From: Candidatus Shapirobacteria bacterium
GTDB lineage: Bacteria; Patescibacteriota; Microgenomatia; UBA12405
Length of the DNA: 64,000 nucleotides
Assembly (NCBI GenBank): GCA_016188545.1
Contig: JACPHO010000001.1
Location: forward strand, 175,336 to 239,335
Direction of reading: 5' to 3'
How positions within the stretch are numbered: the first letter of the stretch is position 1; each line of letters starts with the position of its first letter. The notes beneath the pieces were generated by a model. That model had not been told where the DNA came from, ran no database searches, and saw only the letters and a list, made by a program, of their open reading frames with translations. The position numbers were made by a program, and so were the translations under genes. Below, in pieces: positions 8,539 through 17,840 of the stretch.

Positions 8539-9751
8539 TCCGGCCGCCTCATCGGTCATGCATCTCGATCTCAACTCTTGCTTTGCTTCCATCGAGCAGC
8601 AAGCCGATCCTCATCTTCGCGGCAAGCCGGTAGCTGTGGCTGCTTATGTTTCTCCGCGCGGTTGTATCCTAGCTGCTTCTGTCGAGGCCAAAAAAATGGG
8701 AATCAAAACTGGATTTAGAGTCAAAGACGGTCGGGCTCTTTGCCCCGACCTAATCGTCATTCCGCCCGACACCGACAAATATCGTTTTGTCCACCATCGC
8801 CTCCACGAGCTGCTATCCTTCTATACCCCATTGCTTGTTCCCAAATCAATTGACGAGTTTGTCCTCGACTTCAAAGGTAGTCAATGTTCTGATTTACATG
8901 CTCTTAGTCGTGTTATCAAGACCAAAATAAAACAGGAAATAGGGGAGTGGCTAACTGTCTCGATCGGACTCGGTCCATCACGTTTCTTAGCCAAAGTTGC
9001 CTCAAATCTAAAAAAGCCCGATGGTCTCGAAGAAATCAATATTAATAACTATGAAGCGATCTATCCCCGTCTGACTCTTCCTGATCTTCATGGTATTAAT
9101 TCCCGTTTTGCCTCCCGTCTCAATGCTGGTGAAATCTACACCGTTACCGACTTTTACAACGCCAATATCGCCCATCTTCGCTCTGTCTTCCGTTCCATCT
9201 CCAGCTACTATTGGTATTTGCGTCTTCGGGGTTACGAGATTGACGATGTTGATTTTGGGCGTAAAAGCTTTGGCAATATGTATTCTCTTCCCGCCTCTAT
9301 TTCTGCTCCCACCAAACTTGGTCCCATTCTCCACAAGCTGGTGGCCAAAACTACTTTTCGTCTCCGTAGCTATGGTTATCATGCCAGAGGCTTTTACCTG
9401 GGGTTGCTTTTTAGCGATCATAGTTTTTGGCATCATCACTATTCCCTCCCTAGATATCTCTTCCACGAAAATGACGTCTACAAAATTTTTTACCGACTTC
9501 TTCTTCGCGCGCCTCTGTGCAAAAAAGTAATTAATCTTGCAGTCTCGTGTTTTGACCTCAGATCAGACAATATGGTTCAGTTAGACCTATTTAATACTGT
9601 CAAAAAACAACTAAGTATATCAAGTGCTATGGACAATATTAACCGAAAGTACGGGAGTTTTATTATCTCATCTGCCGGTATGTCTGGCACTGACTCACTT
9701 GTTCCAGATCGAATTGGATTTGGTAATGTTGATCACTTGACAGACATTTAG
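8528..9751 (+). CDS. dinB: Y-family DNA polymerase (Pol IV)
   Basis: HLDLNSCFASIE, AASVEAK..G, SIDE, LAKVAS..KPDG; C-terminal clamp-binding QLDLF. Confidence 0.93.
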   Translation: MKFNPAASSVMHLDLNSCFASIEQQADPHLRGKPVAVAAYVSPRGCILAASVEAKKMGIKTGFRVKDGRALCPDLIVIPPDTDKYRFVHHRLHELLSFYTPLLVPKSIDEFVLDFKGSQCSDLHALSRVIKTKIKQEIGEWLTVSIGLGPSRFLAKVASNLKKPDGLEEININNYEAIYPRLTLPDLHGINSRFASRLNAGEIYTVTDFYNANIAHLRSVFRSISSYYWYLRLRGYEIDDVDFGRKSFGNMYSLPASISAPTKLGPILHKLVAKTTFRLRSYGYHARGFYLGLLFSDHSFWHHHYSLPRYLFHENDVYKIFYRLLLRAPLCKKVINLAVSCFDLRSDNMVQLDLFNTVKKQLSISSAMDNINRKYGSFIISSAGMSGTDSLVPDRIGFGNVDHLTDI

Positions 9752-9775
9752 ACTACCACTACACTAGTAGTAGTT

Positions 9776-10339
9776 ATGGATCAAAAAATATTAGACAACT
9801 TTAAGAATAATGGTATCGACGCTTCCTTTTATGAAACAGCTGAAGAACTAAAAGCTCAGCTTTATAAGTTAGTCCCGCAGGGCTCTGAAGTTATGACAAT
9901 GACTTCAGTTACACTGGATGCTTTGGGTATCTCCCAAGAGATAAATGAATCCGGTAAATATAATGCGGTCAGATCAAAGTTATTCGCTGGTGATTCTGAA
10001 GCCAGGTATCGAGCTTCAGTTCCGGAATATTCCATCGGTAGTGTTCATGCGGCGACCGAAGAAGGTCAACTGGTCATCGCCTCAGCCACCGGCAGTCAGT
10101 TACCAGCTTATGCTTATGGTGCCAAAATGGCCATTTTTGTAATCGGTATTCAAAAACTCGTCCCCAATCTGGATGCCGCCTTCAAACGCATCTATGACTA
10201 TGTCTTCCCATTGGAAAACGAACGGGCACTCAAGGCTTATGGTTCAGGCAGTGGTGTCAATAAATTATTAGTTATCAATCGTGAGGTAACCCCGTCACGT
10301 ATTAAAATATTATTTATTAATCAAAAATTAGGATTCTAA
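9776..10339 (+). CDS. LUD domain (YkgG/lactate utilization) protein
   Basis: SVTL..LG, SVHAATEEGQLVIASATGSQL, GIQKLVP. Confidence 0.8.
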   Translation: MDQKILDNFKNNGIDASFYETAEELKAQLYKLVPQGSEVMTMTSVTLDALGISQEINESGKYNAVRSKLFAGDSEARYRASVPEYSIGSVHAATEEGQLVIASATGSQLPAYAYGAKMAIFVIGIQKLVPNLDAAFKRIYDYVFPLENERALKAYGSGSGVNKLLVINREVTPSRIKILFINQKLGF

Positions 10340-10341
10340 TT

Positions 10342-10752
10342 ATGAAAAATTTATTTCTAGTCGCACTCGTCGTCTTTATAGTCGGCAGTGGTTACTTCTA
10401 TATGAAACAATCACCTACTCCCGCTCCAGTAGGTACCAACACCTCAACTGAAGTTACTCAAGCTATGACTGAAGGAGCCACCCAAACTTTCAATATAAAA
10501 GGTTTAAATTTTGCCTTTGATGTTAAGGAAATACGAGTTAAAAAAGGCGATAAAGTCACCATCAACTTTACCAATACTGAAGGTTTCCACGATTTTAAAA
10601 TCGATGAGTTGAATGTTACCTCCAAGCAAATACAGGCTGGTGAAAGTGAAACTGTAACCTTTACTGCAGATAAAGCCGGTACCTTCGAATACTACTGTAG
10701 TGTCGGTCAGCACCGCCAAAACGGTATGTGGGGTAAACTTATCGTTGAGTAA
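10342..10752 (+). CDS. Membrane-anchored cupredoxin-domain protein
   Basis: Type-1 Cu ligands H..., YYCSVGQHRQNGM. Confidence 0.9.
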   Translation: MKNLFLVALVVFIVGSGYFYMKQSPTPAPVGTNTSTEVTQAMTEGATQTFNIKGLNFAFDVKEIRVKKGDKVTINFTNTEGFHDFKIDELNVTSKQIQAGESETVTFTADKAGTFEYYCSVGQHRQNGMWGKLIVE

Positions 10753-10778
10753 GCTTCGGTTATAAATTTAATAGAAAC

Positions 10779-10816
10779 AAAATGCCTGACCGGCGACCCC
10801 GAGTCCGGCATTTTTT
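10779..10816 (+). terminator. Intrinsic terminator
   Basis: AAAATGCC...GGCATTTTTT hairpin plus T-run. Confidence 0.65.
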
Positions 10817-10833
10817 GTGATATCCTTATTTTC

Positions 10834-11442
10834 ATGCTGACCGAACTCTTTTTCGACATTGAAACCAAGAAAATTTTTGATGACATTATAGGCAACAACC
10901 CCGCAGATTTGGGGATATCTATTATCTCTGTATATAAACGTCAGCTCAACGACAGACTCAATGAAGTTAGTGGACAAATGTATAGCTTTTGGGAAGAGGA
11001 TTTCCCTAAAATGTGGCCATTATTTACTAACGCAGATCGCATAGTCGGTTTTAACACTGAGCACTTTGACATCCCCGCAGTAGCTCCTCTTGCGCCATAC
11101 GATTTTCGTAAACTAAATCATTTTGACATTATGACCCATGTCAAAGAATCTCTCGGATTTAGGTTAAGTCTCAACTCTATCGCTAGCGAGACTTTAAACG
11201 AGACCAAAATCGATCATGGCCTAAATGCTGTTCGCTATTGGGCGGAGCACTCTCCCGAGTCACTCGCCAAACTTAAAAAATACTGTGAAGCCGATGTTGA
11301 CGTCACCAAAAAAGTCTATGACTATGGACTCAAACATGGTTTTTTGAAATTCAAAGATAAATGGAATACAGTCAGGACACTGGAAGTTGACTTTAGTTAC
11401 CCCAAAGCACAGCAAGAAGATCTACAAGCTAGCCTTTTTTAG
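10834..11442 (+). CDS. RNase H-like / DEDD exonuclease (YprB-like)
   Basis: FDIET, GFN..FD, YC..DV motifs. Confidence 0.82.
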   Translation: MLTELFFDIETKKIFDDIIGNNPADLGISIISVYKRQLNDRLNEVSGQMYSFWEEDFPKMWPLFTNADRIVGFNTEHFDIPAVAPLAPYDFRKLNHFDIMTHVKESLGFRLSLNSIASETLNETKIDHGLNAVRYWAEHSPESLAKLKKYCEADVDVTKKVYDYGLKHGFLKFKDKWNTVRTLEVDFSYPKAQQEDLQASLF

Positions 11443-12007
11443 ACTCTTCACCGTATATTTCGTCCATCAAAAACTCCATTTTGTTCACTGGCTTTTGAGG
11501 TAACCCGCTTTTGACAAATAGTTGCCAGCAAGAATGTACCCATTGATATTTCTCCCCTCGACTACCATGGAACTTGTCCCAAAATTTTCCTCCAAACTCC
11601 CGCAATTCTTCTTTCATGGTTACCAGGTTATGAAGATGATTCATTAGTAGAATTAGTAAGACTTCTTTGTCGGCATTTTCTAATTTTTTAAGATAGTGTT
11701 TCTTTTTATCCAGCCATTTTGTACCCGGCTCAACATCGATATTGTTGGACATCATCGCCACCATTCTGGTTACCTCACTCCCGAAGTCATTTTCCATATC
11801 CTTTAGTTCGTATCCTTCAACATCTTCGATCAAATCATGAAATAGTGCTGCGATAATTGTATTTTCATTGTCAGTATATTCTGAGACCATCCAGGCGACT
11901 GTAATGGGGTGAACTATATAAGGGGTAACTCCGTTTCTTCTAAATTGGTTTCCGTGCATCCTTGCCGCCACTTCTATTGCCTTGTCTATTCGTGACGACC
12001 ATTTCAT
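11429..12007 (-). CDS. HD-domain protein, small alarmone hydrolase (SpoT/Mesh1-like)
   Basis: H..Q.R, PYIVHP, AALFHDLIED. Confidence 0.8.
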   Translation of the reverse strand: MKWSSRIDKAIEVAARMHGNQFRRNGVTPYIVHPITVAWMVSEYTDNENTIIAALFHDLIEDVEGYELKDMENDFGSEVTRMVAMMSNNIDVEPGTKWLDKKKHYLKKLENADKEVLLILLMNHLHNLVTMKEELREFGGKFWDKFHGSRGEKYQWVHSCWQLFVKSGLPQKPVNKMEFLMDEIYGEESKKG

Positions 12008-12070
12008 ATTAGTAAATAATATAACACTATTTTACTAATACTTCATTGATCAAAAATTTTAGGATTATAA

Positions 12071-12943
12071 TTATAAAATTTTAGAATCTTCCTCTTCACT
12101 CATTGTTGGTCTGGAGATGATGTATATATCAGCCTTGTATTCGTCTTGGCCGACTTTTTCAGCCTCTCCTTTGAGAACCATTTCATAAGGGCGACAATTA
12201 CGACATCCTTGTTCTCCACTGGGGCACAAAAATCGTTCGAGTTGTCTTGCTAACTTCATCTTTTTAGCAATTTTAAGAATCTTATCGGCAGATGATTCAA
12301 TATCGGTTAGTTCTTTTTTAACCATGGTATCGCTATTACTGAGATACCAGTACCATGCTCCATCTACTTTTCGCTTTTGGCAGTTGTGGACCAGTAGGCT
12401 ATAGATTGGTAGCTGTAATGACTCCACTCCTTCCTCGTTTTTACTGGTCTTAAAGTCAATAATCTCTACACTATCTGATTGACTGTTGTACTTCAGCCAG
12501 TCAATCTTGCCGCATAAAATAATGTTGTCCTCCTCTGATAACCAGTAGTAGGGTAATTCCATATTAATCTTCACGGCTAGTTCTGCCACGGGACCAGGAT
12601 GGTTGGTTACCCTTCGGATCATTTCTTCACCTCTAATTTTATATTTATACTCAGTATCCTCATCTAAGAAGCCTCCCATTTTTCCAGAGACTTTCTTCCA
12701 AGACCTATTAAATTTATCTAGCAGTGGTTCCTTAAACCTATCACTCGTCTTCAGTTCTGATAACGATTCCACTACCTCATGGACCGCTGAACCAAGTGCA
12801 AGCGGTGGGGATACTACTTTAATTTTATGTCCCGTTTCTGGGTCTTTATACACATTTCGTAAATAATAACCCCGAGGACATTCTAAAAAACTTCCAATTG
12901 AAGAATGTGATACCCAAATCGCGCTATACTTGTCCTTAGCCAT
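12071..12943 (-). CDS. PD-(D/E)XK nuclease family protein (AddB/RecB-like)
   Basis: SHS....F.ECP, GSAVH, GKID, IIDFKT, QL..Y, C-terminal C..C. Confidence 0.88.
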   Translation of the reverse strand: MAKDKYSAIWVSHSSIGSFLECPRGYYLRNVYKDPETGHKIKVVSPPLALGSAVHEVVESLSELKTSDRFKEPLLDKFNRSWKKVSGKMGGFLDEDTEYKYKIRGEEMIRRVTNHPGPVAELAVKINMELPYYWLSEEDNIILCGKIDWLKYNSQSDSVEIIDFKTSKNEEGVESLQLPIYSLLVHNCQKRKVDGAWYWYLSNSDTMVKKELTDIESSADKILKIAKKMKLARQLERFLCPSGEQGCRNCRPYEMVLKGEAEKVGQDEYKADIYIISRPTMSEEEDSKIL

Positions 12944-12987
12944 TACCAATCTTATCCTATTTAATTCTTAATTCCTAATTCCTAATT

Positions 12988-13671
12988 ATGCCCCTCATTC
13001 GTCTCAATAAATATCTCGCCAGTTTGGGAGTTGCCTCTCGGCGTAAAATTGATGAGTTTACTTCTCAAAGGCGAATAACTATTAATGGTCGGATTGCGAT
13101 TCTGGGCGACAAGGTTAACACCGAAATAGATAATGTCGTTGTCGACAAAAAAATAATTCCCCCTCACCCCCAAAAACTTGTCTATTATCTACTTAATAAA
13201 CCAAAATACGTTTTATGTACTTCTAGTGACGATCGGGGCCGAGATACGGTTTTGAACTATGTCCCCAAAGGCACCAGAGTTTATCCGGTGGGCAGATTGG
13301 ACTACGAATCAACCGGTCTAATTCTATTAACCAACGACGGTGATCTATCACTAAAACTTACCCACCCCCGTTACCACCTCCCCAAAGTATATTTAGTTAC
13401 CCTCTTGGGTAAGACACCCCAGTCAAAAATTGCCTCAATGGTTAGTCCGGGAGTAAAAGCCGAAATCGTCAGTCAAGAAAACAATCATACGATTATCAAA
13501 ATAACCCTGTTCGAAGGTAAAAAACGCCAGATCAGACTTCTTTGTGCCTCGCTCCATCTCTACGTGCTCGACCTCCAGCGGATTAGTATTGGCCCACTAC
13601 TTCTCAACAGGTTAGCCCCCGGAGAATACCGGGAGCTATCCTCATCAGAGTTAAAATCTATCCGACTTTGA
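12988..13671 (+). CDS. RsuA/RluB family pseudouridine synthase
   Basis: S4 domain (RLNKYLA..G.ASRR), GRLDYESTGL, EGKKRQIR. Confidence 0.93.
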   Translation: MPLIRLNKYLASLGVASRRKIDEFTSQRRITINGRIAILGDKVNTEIDNVVVDKKIIPPHPQKLVYYLLNKPKYVLCTSSDDRGRDTVLNYVPKGTRVYPVGRLDYESTGLILLTNDGDLSLKLTHPRYHLPKVYLVTLLGKTPQSKIASMVSPGVKAEIVSQENNHTIIKITLFEGKKRQIRLLCASLHLYVLDLQRISIGPLLLNRLAPGEYRELSSSELKSIRL

Positions 13672-14071
13672 CTTCAATTTCTTTTGGTTTGGCCTCTTCG
13701 GCGATCTTTGCCTTAATGGTTACCACGCCATCTTTTATTTTGGCGTCGATCGTCTTGGTATCAATCGGTCGGGGTAGGGACGTGACATAGTCTACAGAGC
13801 TGGCCATCTCCCATTTTTTAATAACCTTTCCCTTCTTCCTCTCTTCATCCTTTTCACTGGCGCTTCCATAAATATGAAGCATTCCGTCATGATAGGTGAC
13901 TTTTAAATTCTTTGGATCCATTCCTGGGACAGGTGCTTCTACTGTGACTTCAGTTTCATTGTCATCAATGTATACATTAAGGCCTGAATTTGATTGCATA
14001 TCTGGCCAATTATCTTCATCCCAAGTTAACGGATGCCAGTTAATAAGCGGGCTATATGGTAGATATCGCAT
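13658..14071 (-). CDS. Hsp20/alpha-crystallin small heat-shock protein
   Basis: VPGM, LP..ID...I.A...DGVVTI. Confidence 0.88.
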   Translation of the reverse strand: MRYLPYSPLINWHPLTWDEDNWPDMQSNSGLNVYIDDNETEVTVEAPVPGMDPKNLKVTYHDGMLHIYGSASEKDEERKKGKVIKKWEMASSVDYVTSLPRPIDTKTIDAKIKDGVVTIKAKIAEEAKPKEIEVKVG

Positions 14072-14136
14072 ATATCTTTCTCCTCAATTTAATTAATAAT
14101 ATTTAGTAATCCGTAGCTCTTAAGAGCGTAGGATAC

Positions 14137-14171
14137 TTAGCAGTATAAGATAATCTGTGCCAGCATGTCAA
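14137..14171 (-). promoter_or_regulatory. hsp20 promoter with overlapping degenerate CIRCE-like (HrcA) operator
   Basis: TTGACA-18-TATACT on the minus strand; TTAGCAGTA-N9-CTGTGCCAG versus consensus TTAGCACTC-N9-GAGTGCTAA. Confidence 0.5.
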
Positions 14172-15400
14172 GTACCAATATGCCAAGTTTCGCTGACCAA
14201 TTCTCGAAAAACAGACCTGGACACCAGTCTATACCCTTGTTCAGTCAATATCTTTTGATGGTCAACTCCATGGATAATCTCACCATAGGGGATCACTGTA
14301 ATAATGGATTCCGTCGGTTTCTTTCGAATATCAATTATTTCAATATTTGGTTTATAGTAGCGCAGCGGATCACCAAAACTTTCAATCATATAGACTTTGT
14401 TCGGCAAGTTTACAGATAATGTCTTCCAATCCTCTCGATGAAATGTGGGGAAGCTTATATATACCAAACTGAACAACAGTGATCCGGCCACTATCAGCTT
14501 GTTTTTGTTTATTGCTAGCCCCATAAGAGGAATAGTGTATAAAAAACGAAAATACTGCAACATCGGTGTAAATATCGAAAATATTGTCCCCAGAGCTATA
14601 CTTGCCCAAAATAAAAAAGAGTAAACATTCTTTTTAAACAGTTTGGAAAACACATACGCCGACCAAATACCCACAATCGCATAATAGACTACCTTTGGGT
14701 AAAAACTTATTCTCCCACCAGTAAATTTCATTGGTATAAGTAACAAATTTTTAATGTTTGCTTTCCCTAGTACTAGACTCCAGTTAGTGACTGTACCCAG
14801 AATTTCCTTTGAGTATTTCATTTGACCAAATAGTAGTGGGCTAATTACTAAAATACCCAATATTGGACCCAATGAAAATTGAAACAATGGTTTATATCTT
14901 TTGTTGACTAGTAGATATAGCCCTATTCCCATAGTCAAAAAAATCGATCCATAGAACACCCAAAAACTTAACCCGGCAGCAAGTCCAGAATATAAATACT
15001 CTTTTCTAATTAGAAAAAAAACGGACGTAGTTAGGAGCATGGTTACTAGTGCATACATCCGTGTTTCGTGAGAATAATATACGATAAGTGGGTTAAAACC
15101 GACTATCATTGCTGCCTCAATTCCACCCAATTTATACACGATAAAAACAGTTATTAATGTAAAAATTGTGGAAGGTATCCGTAGAGATACTTCAGAATAT
15201 CCAAAAATATCCGCCCAAGTTTTTAGAATTAAATAGTACCCTGGTGGGTGAAAATCATATTTAGAAAAGTTGCTGACAATTCCTAAATAACTATTATTTT
15301 TAGCTACATTCGCTGAGATAGCCTCATCAGGCCAAAGAGATTGGCTAGCCGCGGCCAGATATAAACCAACTAAAGCTGTCAACAGCCACCAAATTTTCAT
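14168..15400 (-). CDS. GT-C (GT39/ArnT-like) membrane glycosyltransferase
   Basis: SLW.DEA, HPP.YY, R.PS, YS.E.RMY; multiple TM segments. Confidence 0.85.
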   Translation of the reverse strand: MKIWWLLTALVGLYLAAASQSLWPDEAISANVAKNNSYLGIVSNFSKYDFHPPGYYLILKTWADIFGYSEVSLRIPSTIFTLITVFIVYKLGGIEAAMIVGFNPLIVYYSHETRMYALVTMLLTTSVFFLIRKEYLYSGLAAGLSFWVFYGSIFLTMGIGLYLLVNKRYKPLFQFSLGPILGILVISPLLFGQMKYSKEILGTVTNWSLVLGKANIKNLLLIPMKFTGGRISFYPKVVYYAIVGIWSAYVFSKLFKKNVYSFLFWASIALGTIFSIFTPMLQYFRFLYTIPLMGLAINKNKLIVAGSLLFSLVYISFPTFHREDWKTLSVNLPNKVYMIESFGDPLRYYKPNIEIIDIRKKPTESIITVIPYGEIIHGVDHQKILTEQGYRLVSRSVFRELVSETWHIGT

Positions 15401-15416
15401 GTTACACTAATTTAAC

Positions 15417-15617
15417 ATGAAAAAATCCACCCCCAAAAAGACAGTTAAGTCTGCCAAAAAATCAGTTAAAAAAGCTACCAGACCTGCAGTCAAACCAGCT
15501 GCCAAAAAGGTAGTTTCTGTCCAGTCACCAAAAAGCAGTTCTCTCAGCCCTTTCCAAATATTACTTTGGCTCTCAATTATCTTTTCCTCAATATTAATAA
15601 TTGTCAGCAAACTATGA
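15417..15617 (+). CDS. Small Lys-rich membrane protein
   Basis: Basic low-complexity N-terminus, C-terminal TM; stop overlaps the next start (ATGA). Confidence 0.6.
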   Translation: MKKSTPKKTVKSAKKSVKKATRPAVKPAAKKVVSVQSPKSSSLSPFQILLWLSIIFSSILIIVSKL

Positions 15618-16498
15618 TAACTTGGCTCAAACGTAACTGGGCGCTAGCCGTTCTTATTCTTTTTGTTGTTTTCTGGGGTAAAAGCAAATTTGTCTCTCAG
15701 AACGTAGGTTATAGATCAGGTACCTTACCTATATCGGGTGGTGGTTCTGCTGGAGTTATGATGCAGGACAGTAGCTCCATTTCTGCACCATCAGCCAAAA
15801 TGATGCCCTACGGTCGCGAGTCTGCTCCAACTGACAATGTTTCCCGAATGGTAATTCGTGACTCAAGCCTATCCCTCCAGGTCACCGATGTAGCCGCCGA
15901 GGTTAGTGCTATCGAAACCTTGGCCAAAGGTTTTGGTGGTTATTTGGTTAGCTCCAACCTTTCCCGTCCCGAATCAGCCACCAATGGCTCCATTACTGTC
16001 CGCGTTCCCGAAGAAAAAAGATCTGAAGCCATGGCTGCTTTTAAGAAACTAGCCGTCAAAGTAGTTTCTGAATCTGTTAATGGCAATGATGTCACCGACC
16101 AGTATGTCGATCTTAGCGCCCAGTTGGCCGTTCTCACCAAAACCAAAGCAAAATTTGAAGACATTTTAGATAAAGCCACTCGAGTCGAAGACCTAATGAA
16201 TGTCCAGCAGCAACTGGTAAATATCCAACAACAAATAGATTCAGTCATTGGTCAACAAAAATACTACGAACAGTCAGCCAAACTAAGTCTGGTTAGTGTC
16301 TACTTATCAACCGACGAGCTGGCTCTGCCTTATGCCCCCACCAACGAGTGGCGTCCAGCTGTTATCTTCAAGGAGGCCGTACGTTCACTTATTGCCAATA
16401 TCCGTGGATTGGGAAGTCTTATTATCTGGGGACTTGTTTATCTACCAATACTAATCCCTGTTGGATTGGTGCTGTGGTATCTGAAGCGACGTGTCTAA
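15614..16498 (+). CDS. DUF4349 domain protein
   Basis: R.VIR...LSL.V, GGYLVSS, TVRVP, DVTDQYVDL, coiled coil, C-terminal TM. Confidence 0.85.
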   Translation: MITWLKRNWALAVLILFVVFWGKSKFVSQNVGYRSGTLPISGGGSAGVMMQDSSSISAPSAKMMPYGRESAPTDNVSRMVIRDSSLSLQVTDVAAEVSAIETLAKGFGGYLVSSNLSRPESATNGSITVRVPEEKRSEAMAAFKKLAVKVVSESVNGNDVTDQYVDLSAQLAVLTKTKAKFEDILDKATRVEDLMNVQQQLVNIQQQIDSVIGQQKYYEQSAKLSLVSVYLSTDELALPYAPTNEWRPAVIFKEAVRSLIANIRGLGSLIIWGLVYLPILIPVGLVLWYLKRRV

Positions 16499-16835
16499 TC
16501 CGCACTCCAATACTACCGTGCCAAATATCAGTTTCAATAACTCTTAGGCGTATTCCTTCGTACCTCCATCCGTGGTGGATGCGTTGCTTCTTGCCACTGT
16601 CATCCATATCAGACAAATCTGTTCGTCTATTCCAGTTATGGGTAAACAAAGATAAAAAAGTACCATGCTTGTGAACTAACAGCTTCCCGGGATGTCTACT
16701 TTCCGACCCTAGGTCCTTTAAAAAATATTGCAAACCTATTTCTATTCCATTAATCCCCTCAGGTTGAATTTTATTCATCTCTCCTTCAGTGATGGTTTTC
16801 CCCTCCTTAGATAGTTGAATTATTTCGGCTGACAT
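16422..16835 (-). CDS. Hypothetical protein
   Basis: Directly downstream of the 294-aa ORF; 3' end overlaps the DUF4349 gene. Confidence 0.45.
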   Translation of the reverse strand: MSAEIIQLSKEGKTITEGEMNKIQPEGINGIEIGLQYFLKDLGSESRHPGKLLVHKHGTFLSLFTHNWNRRTDLSDMDDSGKKQRIHHGWRYEGIRLRVIETDIWHGSIGVRIRHVASDTTAPIQQGLVLVDKQVPR

Positions 16836-16840
16836 ATGTT

Positions 16841-17725
16841 TTAAAAATCATATTCTTTAATCATCCCTACCGCAGAAGTATTAGCAATTTTTTTGGCTTT
16901 ATTTTCATCAATCCCATTCCACATTTGTGCCTCAATCGCCATTTCTTTAATATTTCCAATTAATTCATTGTGTACACCATATTTATTTTCACCATCTATC
17001 CAAAGAGCTGGAAAATTACGAATAATTATTCCTTCTAGTAAATAGTTATTGTAATATCTTTTTCTAAGCGCTGAAGGATTGTCAAAATAGGGGTTTATTA
17101 TGCTTTCCCCAGGACCAGCTAGCAAGTCCCGCACAATCATGCCTGTTAGTTTTAACATCGCAACTGACTTGATATTGTCAGCCATCATTGTGTCAATTTT
17201 TTGTTGCAACTCGGGATTAATATAGTCAAAATCCCCATAAAGTTGAAATAAAGCCATGGCGTTTGCCACTTCCCTGGCCATTTCCACCCTCTGCCCCATT
17301 TCATACCATTCATGCTGCGAGATATCCTTGGTAGTAAACACATCCCGGTTATAAAATATTCGCAAGTCGTGACACATACTCTCAATACAAGGTTGTTGTA
17401 TATACAAATTGTTTTCTTCAAGAGCAAAAGCCAGCTCACCAGTCAAAAAGTGTCTTTGAACTGCAATTCGTTCCTCATCCTCCCTGTCTTCCTTTATCAC
17501 TGTTGGACCAGAATTATCGGCAAACCTTGTCTGGCTCTCATCATAAGTTTTACCAAATTCAGGTTTTAGTTTGTGTTCGTAGTACCAAGTATGTCGGTTC
17601 CTTGCGTTTGCGCTTGTTTCATTATAAAGTTCTGCCAATTTAACAGGATCAATAGCAAATTGTAGTTGCCCACCTTCATTTCCGGGAATATTTTTTCTAT
17701 CAAAGTATTGACTTACATCTTTCAT
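16841..17725 (-). CDS. Hypothetical protein
   Basis: 294-aa ORF, no recognised motif. Confidence 0.7.
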   Translation of the reverse strand: MKDVSQYFDRKNIPGNEGGQLQFAIDPVKLAELYNETSANARNRHTWYYEHKLKPEFGKTYDESQTRFADNSGPTVIKEDREDEERIAVQRHFLTGELAFALEENNLYIQQPCIESMCHDLRIFYNRDVFTTKDISQHEWYEMGQRVEMAREVANAMALFQLYGDFDYINPELQQKIDTMMADNIKSVAMLKLTGMIVRDLLAGPGESIINPYFDNPSALRKRYYNNYLLEGIIIRNFPALWIDGENKYGVHNELIGNIKEMAIEAQMWNGIDENKAKKIANTSAVGMIKEYDF

Positions 17726-17779
17726 AAAATATTTAATTTCTAATTGATCATAATATAACTTATAGGATTATTAACTACA

Positions 17780-17819
17780 TGACATAACCTGACACAAAAC
17801 TGGACAAACCTGACACAAA
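17780..17819. promoter_or_regulatory. Four TG(G)ACA direct repeats at ~10-11 bp pitch, candidate OmpR/PhoB-type operator
   Basis: TGACATAACC TGACACAAAAC TGGACAAACC TGACACAAA between divergent genes. Confidence 0.55.
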
Positions 17820-17840
17820 GTGTTAGAATACTATCATATT

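Noticed and set aside
12071-12943. Cas4 / CRISPR adaptation gene
   Set aside because: Stand-alone AddB-like PD-(D/E)XK nuclease with no cas1/cas2 or array nearby.
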